DNA of 64,000 nt from sequence record MF360958.1; one strand, 5' to 3'. Positions within the stretch are counted from its first letter, which is position 1. Every line of letters starts with the position of its first letter. Of the stretch, positions 16,372-25,383 are shown piece after piece. The notes under the pieces were generated by a model. It did not search any database. It was not told the origin of the DNA and worked only from the letters and a program-made list of their open reading frames with translations. A program made the translations under genes and the position numbers.

Positions 16372-16707
16372 ATGAAATTTTTTAATGAAACATACCAATA
16401 TCATGATATCGAACCTTGTGAAAAACATCCTGCTTACGAGGTTATATTTAAACCTCATGCTACGTGTGAACAATGTTTTGATATTTGGAGAAAACGCTGC
16501 ATCGATGAACTTGATTATAGGGCAATGGCGTATAAAGCCGCTGAAAATAAAGCTATTTCTTCTGACTTTTTTGATAAAGGATTTGTATTATATTGGAATC
16601 GATCAGGGGAATGCGTATGTATTTCTTTATCATGTCATAATTTCTGGTTCACAATCAATCAAGTTGAACAATTACATTTTGGTGAATCGTTTGTTTTTAC
16701 AACATAA
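16372..16707 (+). CDS. hypothetical protein with Cys/His motif
   Basis: CEKHP...CEQC. Confidence 0.65.
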   Translation: MKFFNETYQYHDIEPCEKHPAYEVIFKPHATCEQCFDIWRKRCIDELDYRAMAYKAAENKAISSDFFDKGFVLYWNRSGECVCISLSCHNFWFTINQVEQLHFGESFVFTT

Positions 16708-16712
16708 TATTT

Positions 16713-16720
16713 TATAAATA
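16713..16720 (+). promoter_or_regulatory. T4-late-like promoter
   Basis: TATAAATA 29 nt upstream of the ATG of a putative virion protein. Confidence 0.6.
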
Positions 16721-16748
16721 ATAGTAATAATAGAGGATAAGACTAATT

Positions 16749-17663
16749 ATGAAAATTAATGAACTTTTAAATGAATCATCTAATCAATATTCAGATGAAA
16801 AACTCTTTGAAATAATTTTAAATAGTAAATTCTATAACGATAATAAACATATTTTGGATTATGATTTTGCGCTGTTTCGAGGTATAGATGGAGAAGTTGA
16901 TACAAACACTATTCATAATTTTAAATTTCGCAGTAAACCCACAGATAGTAGTATATTAATACATGATATTGTTAATGAATTAAGTGAAGAACAGCTAGGT
17001 TTAGAAATTCGAAATCTTATGTTTGGTACAACCGATGCTACAGTAGCAGATGGATATGGAACCGTTCGTAATGTTTTTCCTATTGGAAATTATGAATTGT
17101 ATTATCATCCAGACGTAGGAGATTTTCTAACGGTTATAGCTAATGAAGATCGTCTTTATAGTGTTATCATAGAAGGTAATGATGATAATTTTTCGCATAG
17201 TATGCAAGATGAATTTGAACTGTTAATAGATAACGTAAATGATAATGATCAACAAACATTATCATCATGGTTTAAAGATACCAATATTGATCACATCAAG
17301 ACATATATTTCAGAAATTGTTGGCTTTACTATTGACTTAAATCGCGAACAACTTCATGAAAAAGCTCTTAAAATGGCAGAACGCTATATACAAGATAGTC
17401 TACTGCCAACTTATAATTTTGATGATGAACGAGAAGTAGCTAAAATCATAAGACATCTTTTTAAATTTGGTATAGATTTAATCATAGAATTTCTCGAAGA
17501 TAATATGAGAGGGTATATTGATGAAATAAACGAAGCAAATGACCTATCTGATACTACTATGGGTGGTGACGGTCATGAGATCATGATTTATTGTGAACAA
17601 TTTATCTTACTATCTACTGAACAATATGATGAATTTTTAAATAACTATCATAACGCTAATTAA
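16749..17663 (+). CDS. putative virion-packaged ART-fold-like protein (paralog family)
   Basis: MKINELLNES leader; LFRGI..R..P.D..EIRNLMFGTT..VADGYG.V..VFP. Confidence 0.6.
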   Translation: MKINELLNESSNQYSDEKLFEIILNSKFYNDNKHILDYDFALFRGIDGEVDTNTIHNFKFRSKPTDSSILIHDIVNELSEEQLGLEIRNLMFGTTDATVADGYGTVRNVFPIGNYELYYHPDVGDFLTVIANEDRLYSVIIEGNDDNFSHSMQDEFELLIDNVNDNDQQTLSSWFKDTNIDHIKTYISEIVGFTIDLNREQLHEKALKMAERYIQDSLLPTYNFDDEREVAKIIRHLFKFGIDLIIEFLEDNMRGYIDEINEANDLSDTTMGGDGHEIMIYCEQFILLSTEQYDEFLNNYHNAN

Positions 17664-17684
17664 TTATAAAACAATGGTGATAAT

Positions 17685-17927
17685 ATGAAATACATTGGTG
17701 CTGTTCTTCCTACAGTTATTCTTTATTTTGTGATAGTAGCTATACCTATATCCACTGTATCAATTTCAATCTATATGTTTTTTATAGGTAAAACTGCTAT
17801 GGATATTTTAATGTTTTTGGTCACAACAACATTTTCATTATGGTTTTTATTATTTTTTACATTACTATCAATTTATACTGTTAATTCTATCAAAGAACAT
17901 AGAAAAAAATGTAAAAAATTTAAGTAA
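17685..17927 (+). CDS. small membrane protein
   Basis: Two hydrophobic helices with a basic tail. Confidence 0.6.
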   Translation: MKYIGAVLPTVILYFVIVAIPISTVSISIYMFFIGKTAMDILMFLVTTTFSLWFLLFFTLLSIYTVNSIKEHRKKCKKFK

Positions 17928-17956
17928 TACATTTCCATACCTTTCAATGAAACTCC

Positions 17957-17964
17957 TATAAATA
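17957..17964 (+). promoter_or_regulatory. T4-late-like promoter
   Basis: TATAAATA upstream of the AGGAG RBS of 17989. Confidence 0.6.
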
Positions 17965-17988
17965 ATTAAAATTATAGGAGTTTTTTAT

Positions 17989-19107
17989 ATGCTTATTAAT
18001 GAAATCATCACCCATGGTAAAGGACCATTCATAGTTTATTTTCGAGGGGATTCTTGGCAATTTGAAGATGAAAGCGAAGAATTTGACTTTGAAAATAACG
18101 AATCTCATAGAAAATTTAAAGAAAAATTAGAACCTTATATTCAGCAAATGGTTGACGAGAAATTTGAATTTGAAGAAGGTAGAAATCTAGATGATATCTT
18201 AGGTGAACTTGAAGAAAGCTCAGAAATCATAGCTGGTACTATTGATGGGAATAGTTTTGAACTGTCACCCATAATAGGACTTAACTTTCGTCATTCTACT
18301 GCTAATAAAAATCTTCTTAAAATAATGGAAGAATACAATGTTGATAGAGTGGTTGCATATTATACACAATTTGATGAAACCGGGGAAGAAATGGAACAAG
18401 TTATTGAACATGGAAAGGAAGAATTTCTTGAACCATTAGAAAATAAAACGTTTTATCACGGTACAGAATTTAGTTCTTTACAAGAAATATTAAATAAGGG
18501 ATTAATGGCTGATGTGAATAAAACAAATTTTGATAATATTCATCACGAAGATGCTGTATTCATCACTATAAATTATGAGAAAGCAACATTCCACGCTATT
18601 CATGCAGCACAAAAAAATCCAGATACATTGCCCATTATTATTGAATTTGAAATACCTGATGTGAGTAAGCTTGTGTTAGATTATGATATTGCAATTGAGT
18701 TATATGGTAAAGAACATCCATTGACAATGAGTCTTAATTATGATGAAATAAATGAAATGGCTACCGGTAATATTGGTGCTGAAATATATAATGGTATACG
18801 TCATGGTATGAATAGTAATTATATAGATCAAATTACCGATAAATCTTCTCTAAACACAAAATTGGGAGTGTTTGGCTACAAAGGCCGCATAGCTGCTTCT
18901 AAAATTAAAAATATTCATATTGATAGAGAAGGAATAGATGCATGGGTTAAAGCTGATGAAGTCGGAATGGATTTGAAAGAAATTGGATATGATATGATGA
19001 ATTTCGTTAAAGATGCTGAAAGATTAAAACCTAAAGAAGTTCAATTAGCTATTGATAATGCTAGAGAAGATCTAGAAAGTGAAATGGAAGATGAAGACGA
19101 CGATTAA
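17989..19107 (+). CDS. putative virion protein with H-type ADP-ribosyltransferase/Tpt1-like domain
   Basis: MLINEII leader; FYHGT...ILNKGL...VFIT....A..HA...IIIEF. Confidence 0.65.
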   Translation: MLINEIITHGKGPFIVYFRGDSWQFEDESEEFDFENNESHRKFKEKLEPYIQQMVDEKFEFEEGRNLDDILGELEESSEIIAGTIDGNSFELSPIIGLNFRHSTANKNLLKIMEEYNVDRVVAYYTQFDETGEEMEQVIEHGKEEFLEPLENKTFYHGTEFSSLQEILNKGLMADVNKTNFDNIHHEDAVFITINYEKATFHAIHAAQKNPDTLPIIIEFEIPDVSKLVLDYDIAIELYGKEHPLTMSLNYDEINEMATGNIGAEIYNGIRHGMNSNYIDQITDKSSLNTKLGVFGYKGRIAASKIKNIHIDREGIDAWVKADEVGMDLKEIGYDMMNFVKDAERLKPKEVQLAIDNAREDLESEMEDEDDD

Positions 19108-19154
19108 TCATTGACGTAAACCTAGATGTGCTATACCATATAATAGTTATTTAC

Positions 19155-19230
19155 CTCGGGTTGGCAGAGTGGCTAATGCGCGGGACTGCAAATCTCGTTT
19201 TCGCCGGTTCGATTCCGGCACCCGAGTCCA
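19155..19230 (+). tRNA. tRNA-Cys(GCA)
   Basis: CTCGGGT/ACCCGAG, U73, CCA; CGGGA-CTGCAAA-TCTCG; promoter TTGACG(19111)-N17-TACCAT. Confidence 0.93.
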
Positions 19231-19245
19231 AATTAGGAAAAGGTT

Positions 19246-19650
19246 ATGCAATATGTTTTAAACGTCATCATGAACGAAAACCGAGATCGGGTTCTTCTTA
19301 TTCGAAAAAACCGCCCTAAATGGCAAAAAGGCAAATACAATTTTGTCGGTGGTAAAGTAGAAGATAATGAAAATGAATTTGAAGCTGTTATTCGTGAAAC
19401 AAAAGAAGAATGCGATCTCTATATCTATCCTCAACTTATTGGTACGATAAAAAGTAACGATTTTACAGTGTATGTGTATCGTTCTATTATTAATAACCTT
19501 TACGATGTTCAACAACAAACAGATGAATCTCTGGCTATCTTTAATGAAGATTCATGGGATTCTTTAAGAAAGTTAGGTGTTGAGAATGTTTCAGAAATTT
19601 TAGAGATTTGTGCTAAACAAAAACCTCAGTATTTTATTTTTAACTATTGA
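19246..19650 (+). CDS. Nudix hydrolase
   Basis: Nudix box GGKVEDNENEFEAVIRETKEE. Confidence 0.9.
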   Translation: MQYVLNVIMNENRDRVLLIRKNRPKWQKGKYNFVGGKVEDNENEFEAVIRETKEECDLYIYPQLIGTIKSNDFTVYVYRSIINNLYDVQQQTDESLAIFNEDSWDSLRKLGVENVSEILEICAKQKPQYFIFNY

Positions 19651-19709
19651 CAACTGTAATTATTTTTTGATATAATACTTCACGTAATGATCAATAAGAG
19701 GATTCATTA

Positions 19710-19910
19710 ATGAGTATTAAACAAGGCGACCAAATAGTTCTGAACAAGTGTGAAGATGCACAGGTTTACGATGTGAAAAGTGTTGAGGGTTTTAACCTCA
19801 CCGTTAATTACACAACCGAAAAAGGCACTGTCACAAAAGATCAAGTAATCGATGAGTGCATGGTTGCTGGTAAAATCGTTAAAGGTAAGGTAAAATATCT
19901 GAAAAAGTAA
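19710..19910 (+). CDS. hypothetical protein
   Basis: GAGG RBS; TTGACA-N18-TATAAT promoter at 19647-19676. Confidence 0.7.
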   Translation: MSIKQGDQIVLNKCEDAQVYDVKSVEGFNLTVNYTTEKGTVTKDQVIDECMVAGKIVKGKVKYLKK

Positions 19911-19915
19911 AGTAA

Positions 19916-20069
19916 TACCAAACAGCCAGATACCCTAAGATGTGATCCATCTAGCCCGAAACTGGTGATGTGTCCTATAAAAAGTATGCTTAATAGGGTT
20001 GAAATGGACACTAATTCAACTACAGGACTCGCAGGGTGGGTGGATATTCAACAACCCTGCACATTTTTT
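19916..20069 (+). ncRNA. structured intergenic RNA ending in a terminator-like hairpin
   Basis: CCAG/CTGG, AGATG/CATCT, GTGTCC/GGACAC, GTTGAA/TTCAAC, ACCCTA/TAGGGT; GCAGGGT/ACCCTGC followed by ACATTTTTT. Confidence 0.5.
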
Positions 20070-20097
20070 AAACTTTCTTAAACAATTTGAGAAAATT

Positions 20098-20736
20098 ATG
20101 TCTAAAAACTTTATTTCCATTTTTAATGCTAATTTTCCTGATGCTGAATATAATAGTTTATTTGTGTTTGGATCACGGGTTTATGGAAACACAACTGGAC
20201 TTTCAGACATTGATTACATCGTGATTAGTGATAATATGTCTTCAGCAAATATTCATGATTATATCAATGTTTCCTGTTATACGAATGAACAATTTAATAA
20301 ACTTATTCAGGATCATGAAATTACAGCTTTGGAAGTTTTATCACTATCTTTAAATAATGACTGCGAGAACTATTACGATGGCGATGTTCCTGAATTTTAC
20401 ATTGATCTATCAACATTGCGTTCTTCCATATCATCAAAAGCAAGCAATTCATTTGTAAAAGCTAAGAAAAAATTAACAGTAGATAAAGACTATGATTTTT
20501 ATTGCTCAATGAAATCACTTTTTCATGCAATTCGAATTTATGACTTTGGTAAGCAACTTGCCGAATACGGTTATATTCACAATTTTGAAAGTTGCAATGA
20601 TATTTTCTATAATATTCAACGAGATTATAATAGTTGTATTAATACCGAACAAATTTTAAAAGTAATTGACAATGTATATAAACCTACGTATAATCAATAC
20701 GCATCAGAATTCAGAAAAGTATGTCCAAAAGAATAA
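20098..20736 (+). CDS. Pol-beta-superfamily nucleotidyltransferase
   Basis: Start moved to ATG 20098; FGSRVYG...SDIDY motif; C-terminal KSLFHAIRI. Confidence 0.8.
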   Translation: MSKNFISIFNANFPDAEYNSLFVFGSRVYGNTTGLSDIDYIVISDNMSSANIHDYINVSCYTNEQFNKLIQDHEITALEVLSLSLNNDCENYYDGDVPEFYIDLSTLRSSISSKASNSFVKAKKKLTVDKDYDFYCSMKSLFHAIRIYDFGKQLAEYGYIHNFESCNDIFYNIQRDYNSCINTEQILKVIDNVYKPTYNQYASEFRKVCPKE

Positions 20737-21014
20737 ATTATGAGCAATCTTAAAAACAGAATTAATAAATTAAACAGGCGTAAGCAAAAAAACGCCAGCG
20801 GTTGAATAAAAAATATAACAAACTCATTGACAAACTTGAGAATCAATGTAAAAATCATAAATATGGAAAATAGAAAACACGACCCGATAATTTCATGGTA
20901 GATTTCAAACAAGTGTTTATGGTAATCTTATTCTATTTCAAAAATGTAAAGTTTGTAGTAAAGTGGAAGAATACGTTCCTAACCTAGAGAAGAAAAGGTA
21001 AATAAAGAATAGAC

Positions 21015-21090
21015 GGGCCTGTAGCTCAGCGGTAAGAGCAGAACCCTCATAAGGTTTTGGTCACTGGTTCGAATCCAGTCAGGCCCACCA
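21015..21090 (+). tRNA. tRNA with CAT anticodon, most likely Ile2 (lysidine type); elongator Met not excluded
   Basis: GGGCCTG/CAGGCCC+A+CCA; GAACC-CTCATAA-GGTTT; G1-C72 rules out initiator; C4/C5 and TGGTC resemble Ile2. Confidence 0.85.
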
Positions 21091-21111
21091 GTTTCAAAAA
21101 GGTAAAAAACT

Positions 21112-21390
21112 ATGGCAGTAAAGCCCGAAGAAGTTAATCGTTAAATAAAAATCAACAATAATCTTTAGACAGTATTGAAAGTCGGTTAAATTTTAAATTA
21201 AAGAACCAACCTCGAAGGGATAAAGACGATTACGTTCGTGAAAGTATTTTTAGTTTTGAGTTAAATATTGATCAGATACATTATAGATGAACTTAAAAGG
21301 TTATATTTAAAAGCTGGTTGGGCTTATGTCCATATTGAAAAAAAAACAGAACTATACAATCAGTTGAAGTAACGTTAAAAAGGTGGTAAC
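21112..21390 (+). pseudogene. degraded gene remnant between two tRNAs
   Basis: AAGG RBS and MAVKPEEVNR*, then plausible peptides SLDSIESRLNF and IIDELKRLYLKAGW in shifted frames. Confidence 0.45.
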
Positions 21391-21403
21391 ATATAAACTT
21401 ATT

Positions 21404-21486
21404 CTCCCGTGCCCCAACACTGGCCTTCTAAGCCAGTCCTTAACGTTGGAAGGAGGTATGAGGTTCGATTCCTCCACGGGAGGCCA
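21404..21486 (+). tRNA. D-armless tRNA-Arg(TCT)-like RNA with 8/4 acceptor/T fold
   Basis: CTCCCGTG/CACGGGAG+G+CCA; GAGG-TTCGATT-CCTC; CTGGC-CTTCTAA-GCCAG; variable hairpin TCCTT/AAGGA; only ~8 nt where the D-arm should be. Confidence 0.75.
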
Positions 21487-21509
21487 ATTATATTACACTT
21501 GAGGTTGTT

Positions 21510-21743
21510 ATGGGTAAAGATGTAGAACCAACCGAAGAAGATCTGAGAACCGCACGTCATGGTGTAATGTTACAGTTACGTAATCATTGTGAAGCATTTA
21601 AAGAATTGACAAATGGTGATCTTGATCAAGCATTGGATATGCTTGGTGAAATGGGATTAAATAATTTCATTGAAAATCAAGTTCAGGTAATTGCTAGTGA
21701 AAGGGCATACAGCAGATTCCTACATAGTTGTATAAAACCGTAA
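21510..21743 (+). CDS. hypothetical protein
   Basis: GAGG RBS. Confidence 0.65.
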   Translation: MGKDVEPTEEDLRTARHGVMLQLRNHCEAFKELTNGDLDQALDMLGEMGLNNFIENQVQVIASERAYSRFLHSCIKP

Positions 21744-21790
21744 ACTAAACTTAAAATTTATTTAAAAAACATTTAAAGGAGAATATTATA

Positions 21791-22201
21791 ATGTTCCCAA
21801 ATAGTCTAAACAAAACTCCTAGTGTTGAAACAGAAAAGATTAAAGGTTATTTCCTCGATGATGAACGCGAACCAGAACATGTTCGTTGGAAAAGTTATCC
21901 CAATAATGTAGAGTGGGAAATCTTCAGAAATGGTGATGATTTTCTGGAAGCTCTCTACAACAATGAACAACCTGATCTCATCTCACTTGATTATGAACTT
22001 CACCGTATTCCTATGGTTAATGGGTGGAATGGTGTAACGGTTCTTGAGAAAATTCTTGAATATTATAAGCAACAAGGTTGGAGCATTCGTTACACTATGT
22101 GGATCATTCATTCACGTGCTAAAGGCAGTGATAAAGAAATGCAACGTATGATCAGCGTAGCGCGTCGAGAACAAATGAAAGATGAACAAAACAACGAATA
22201 G
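21791..22201 (+). CDS. cyclic-phosphate-processing receiver-like domain protein
   Basis: FLDDER.P, ISLDYEL, NG.TVL and IHS motifs. Confidence 0.7.
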   Translation: MFPNSLNKTPSVETEKIKGYFLDDEREPEHVRWKSYPNNVEWEIFRNGDDFLEALYNNEQPDLISLDYELHRIPMVNGWNGVTVLEKILEYYKQQGWSIRYTMWIIHSRAKGSDKEMQRMISVARREQMKDEQNNE

Positions 22202-22209
22202 GATATACT

Positions 22210-22467
22210 ATGTCTTTTACTAACAAAATTTTAAATTATGTGAAAGAAAAGGTCACGTTGTTTAATGTTGTTGATGTGATCATCAGTGTATTTTTATTGG
22301 GAGTTATCAGCTATCATATTTTCAAAATCAGCGGATCTTTTGAATCAGTAGCTATTATTTTACTAGTTGCTATGGTATATGGAGCACATTGCCGTAATAT
22401 GATATGGATGAAATACGGTTACAATCCTGCCAAAACAGATAAAGTGGCTAATAATGAAAACGGTTAA
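22210..22467 (+). CDS. small membrane protein
   Basis: Two hydrophobic helices. Confidence 0.6.
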   Translation: MSFTNKILNYVKEKVTLFNVVDVIISVFLLGVISYHIFKISGSFESVAIILLVAMVYGAHCRNMIWMKYGYNPAKTDKVANNENG

Positions 22468-22774
22468 TATTCTTGAAGATCATGACCACATTGATCCACA
22501 TGACTATATGCGTCCTCTCACACTTCTTCCTATCAGTCCTAGTTCGGGTATTATCGATGTTGAATCATATTCCGAATTTAGTTCTACCCCAATGAATAAT
22601 ATTCGTTGGATTAAGGTAAAAGATTATTTTGGAAAATGTCATTGGGGTAAAACGGTTCAACAAATTCATAAAGAATTCTCTGAAATGTATTATAGTTATA
22701 ATATCAATATGAAATTTGAATTTATTCGTGGGGATATTCCTTCTGAGAATGTTTGGACTCAATCATCTCCATAA
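22454..22774 (+). CDS. hypothetical protein
   Basis: Coupled to the upstream ORF; phage-like codon usage. Confidence 0.65.
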   Translation: MKTVNILEDHDHIDPHDYMRPLTLLPISPSSGIIDVESYSEFSSTPMNNIRWIKVKDYFGKCHWGKTVQQIHKEFSEMYYSYNINMKFEFIRGDIPSENVWTQSSP

Positions 22775-23694
22775 TTTCGTTCGTAATATTCTTTAATAAT
22801 ATCGTATGCTTCAAATGTCATCAGTATACAAGGCTGATCAATCCAACATTCTAAAGGTTCATCATTTTGAATAGCGGTTTTATAATCTAAAACTTGGAAA
22901 TTTTCTGGTTCAAACAACTCATCAAACGATTTAATAAATCCATTATTTAAAATATATCGTACATGAGTTGGCATCATTGCTTCGCGTCTAAGAATAATAT
23001 ATTCATAAATTGAATATTGAAATTGGCTTACAATATAGCTATCCACATCTTTATTTTTATAAAATTCTGGATTATTTTTTATATGGTTTAACAATTCATC
23101 ATATTGTTCTAATGTTTTTCTTGTTTCCGAATAACTCATTCCATGTTTTAAAGTTTGTATTTTTATACCCGATAATGTTGAAAATACTCTAAGGTTCTCA
23201 ACAATATTTCTTTGGACATCATCATAAAACATGTTTAATGGCATTGATTCATCAATCATATCATTGATTTTTACAAAACTATCATATATATCACTTTCAG
23301 GGCATAATCCTATTTTCGAACCGTTCTTAGGAATAACCACACATGTTTCTCCACGGCGATCCGATATATCTTCAGCATTGGTTGAACAAATAACATTTCT
23401 TTTAGGAAATTCTGACCAATCAGGATGATTATTAATCCAAAGATTGTGAATATTTAATAAAGCGTAAGCAGCTTTACGTTCCGAATCTGCATTTTTAAAC
23501 GCAACAGCTACTTCATATACAACTTCAGCATCTGCTCTGAATATAGCATGTTGTAAATTGTTGTTTCTAACAATATTCCATGCTTCTGAAAAATCCGAAT
23601 TTAATTTTTCACAAACATCACTCAAAAAATCTTGCGAAAATTCTGTGTCATTATAAACATCAGTATGTTCTTTTAATAATTGAGATATGCGCAT
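22759..23694 (-). CDS. putative virion-packaged ART-fold-like protein (paralog family)
   Basis: MRISQLLKE leader; IFRA..R..KRNVICST...VIPKNGSKIGLCP..DIY; CATAAATA box at 23722-23729. Confidence 0.6.
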   Translation of the reverse strand: MRISQLLKEHTDVYNDTEFSQDFLSDVCEKLNSDFSEAWNIVRNNNLQHAIFRADAEVVYEVAVAFKNADSERKAAYALLNIHNLWINNHPDWSEFPKRNVICSTNAEDISDRRGETCVVIPKNGSKIGLCPESDIYDSFVKINDMIDESMPLNMFYDDVQRNIVENLRVFSTLSGIKIQTLKHGMSYSETRKTLEQYDELLNHIKNNPEFYKNKDVDSYIVSQFQYSIYEYIILRREAMMPTHVRYILNNGFIKSFDELFEPENFQVLDYKTAIQNDEPLECWIDQPCILMTFEAYDIIKEYYERNYGDD

Positions 23695-23761
23695 TATAAC
23701 ATTCCTCTTTAACTATGTTTGTATTTATGGTACACTTAAAGCAAGTTAGAGAGGTACAATT

Positions 23762-24053
23762 ATGGAAGGTTATCTTGGAGAATTTGATGTAACAGATCAC
23801 CGAGATACATCAAAAGACACTATTATCAAAGAAATGATTCTGACATTTGGTGGTATTGATGGGGGCACATCATAAAGATTGGTTACTTGATCAAATAGCT
23901 CGTATTGTTAATAATGCACCAATTACTATTGTTGAAGCCCGGTGGAGCAATGGACATTGTGAGGATCGTATTCGTATTGGGACTTGTGATGAATATAATC
24001 AATGGGTAGAATATGTAAAAGATGGCGAAGACGGTCCTGAGATTCCGCCATGA
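23762..24053 (+). pseudogene. frameshifted phage gene (GGIDGAHHKDW family)
   Basis: G5 run at 23861-23865; removing one G joins TFGGIDG to AHHKDWLLDQIAR. Confidence 0.65.
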
Positions 24054-24150
24054 ATAATATTGACATTACCAAATAAAGATGTTTAAATGTGAATAATAAG
24101 GCATTGGGAATAGCGAAGTAACTAATAATCATACTACTTTTCTATTCCAA

Positions 24151-24224
24151 GTCATGGATAAGTTAATGGGAGTTAGGTTCGCTACCAACTCGAAGGTTCA
24201 ATTCCTTCAAACTGATTCCATGGC
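24151..24224 (+). ncRNA. small T-arm-containing structured RNA
   Basis: GTCATGGA/TCCATGGC closing stem; GAGTT-a-GGT/ACC-AACTC hairpin; GAAGG-TTCAATT-CCTTC. Confidence 0.55.
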
Positions 24225-24264
24225 GATTTAACAACAATGAGTAGTTAATTATAATGCTATTCAT

Positions 24265-24436
24265 TAACGATAACGGAGGCGGTCAGAACCGGATACGGGA
24301 CCAATGGGAGTTAAGCTTCGAATTGCCGTTACTTGTGATATCCCATAGACTTCTCCATACAATCAATGATTAAGAGTTCAAATCCCTAAGACGGCTTCAA
24401 GCTGTATTGGTATCAGCGGTTGATTGATTATCGTTA
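24265..24436 (+). ncRNA. ~170-nt multi-pseudoknot structured RNA
   Basis: TAACGATAA/TTATCGTTA closing stem; AGCTT-GAA-GCCGT / ACGGC-TTC-AAGCT helix; crossing ATGGGA/TCCCAT; TATAAT at 24250. Confidence 0.55.
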
Positions 24437-24454
24437 CTTATTAAGAGAGTAAAT

Positions 24455-24586
24455 ATGAAAAAAATTATATGTTTTTTAATTGGACACAAGCTAAAAGTTG
24501 ATAAAATTGTAAGATCAAAAGATAGCAAACCAATAGTTTATAAATCATGTGAGCGGTGTTCATTTGATAATTATCGAGATCGTTAA
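24455..24586 (+). CDS. small putative Zn-binding protein (C..GH...CxxC)
   Basis: 43 aa: ICFLIGHK...SCERC. Confidence 0.55.
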   Translation: MKKIICFLIGHKLKVDKIVRSKDSKPIVYKSCERCSFDNYRDR

Positions 24587-24607
24587 TATTATAAAAAGGG
24601 AAATATT

Positions 24608-24778
24608 ATGAATTGGAAATTAAGAAATCTTATAAAATCTTGTAACTCTGATCAAACAGAAATTAATGGTCAATGGGTTCCTGCTCGACCAATGCGTGTT
24701 AAGCGTTTCAATATTAAAGGGGCATGGGATGTCCTTAGAGGAAAAGCAGATGCAGTTTATTGGCCCGGAGGTCAATAA
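24608..24778 (+). CDS. small phage protein
   Basis: 56 aa MNWKLRNLIK...GQWVPARP...AWDVLRGKADAVYW; AAGGG RBS. Confidence 0.6.
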   Translation: MNWKLRNLIKSCNSDQTEINGQWVPARPMRVKRFNIKGAWDVLRGKADAVYWPGGQ

Positions 24779-24855
24779 AAGTTAAAAGCTATGAATCACC
24801 AAAAATAACACAAAAAATCAAGAAATCCATATTTTCTTTCCATGGATTATAAACA

Positions 24856-25053
24856 ATGATTAATACATTCAAATGCAACAGTAATGAATGGATTCATAAT
24901 AAAAAATACAATTCATGGCGTCATCGAACAAAACGCAAAATTATCTTTAATCCTATACTACGTTTTGTTCAAGGTTATCCTTTTAATAAACGTCCTTTTA
25001 TTATCGCAAGTATTTGTGATAATAAAAATGGTAGACCTTTTCATACTGGTTAA
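24856..25053 (+). CDS. hypothetical protein
   Basis: ORF track; plausible composition. Confidence 0.5.
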   Translation: MINTFKCNSNEWIHNKKYNSWRHRTKRKIIFNPILRFVQGYPFNKRPFIIASICDNKNGRPFHTG

Positions 25054-25148
25054 TATGTTTTCATGAGAGTTCAACATTTTTAAAATGCAACCTTTACATT
25101 TAATACATAATTCGTTATAATATAGATATATTAATTAAGGAGATTGTC

Positions 25149-25352
25149 ATGGGTAAAACACATCAGATTGATTATCAAAAAGCATTTGATCACGCAAAGC
25201 ATGATGTTTTCAGTGATGCCGAATGTGCGGTTCTTCGCCTTCCTAAAATCTATAAAAGGAAATACAAAGAACTTAGTGAACGCAATAACATCTCCGACGA
25301 AGTTAAACAAGGCTATATGGATGGTATTGATTCGGCTTTTTATGAACTTTAA
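25149..25352 (+). CDS. hypothetical protein
   Basis: AAGGAG RBS. Confidence 0.65.
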   Translation: MGKTHQIDYQKAFDHAKHDVFSDAECAVLRLPKIYKRKYKELSERNNISDEVKQGYMDGIDSAFYEL

Positions 25353-25383
25353 CTCAACCATCAAATAATTATAGGTTACTAAT

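Noticed and set aside
19926-19965. hammerhead ribozyme (CCAG...GAAACTGG)
   Set aside because: No CUGANGA core, and the U16.1 needed before the cleavage site is absent.
20863-20901. second leader peptide MENRKHDPIISW (has AGA and ATA codons) before tRNA-CAT and tRNA-Arg
   Set aside because: No RBS and no terminator/antiterminator pair between it and the tRNAs.
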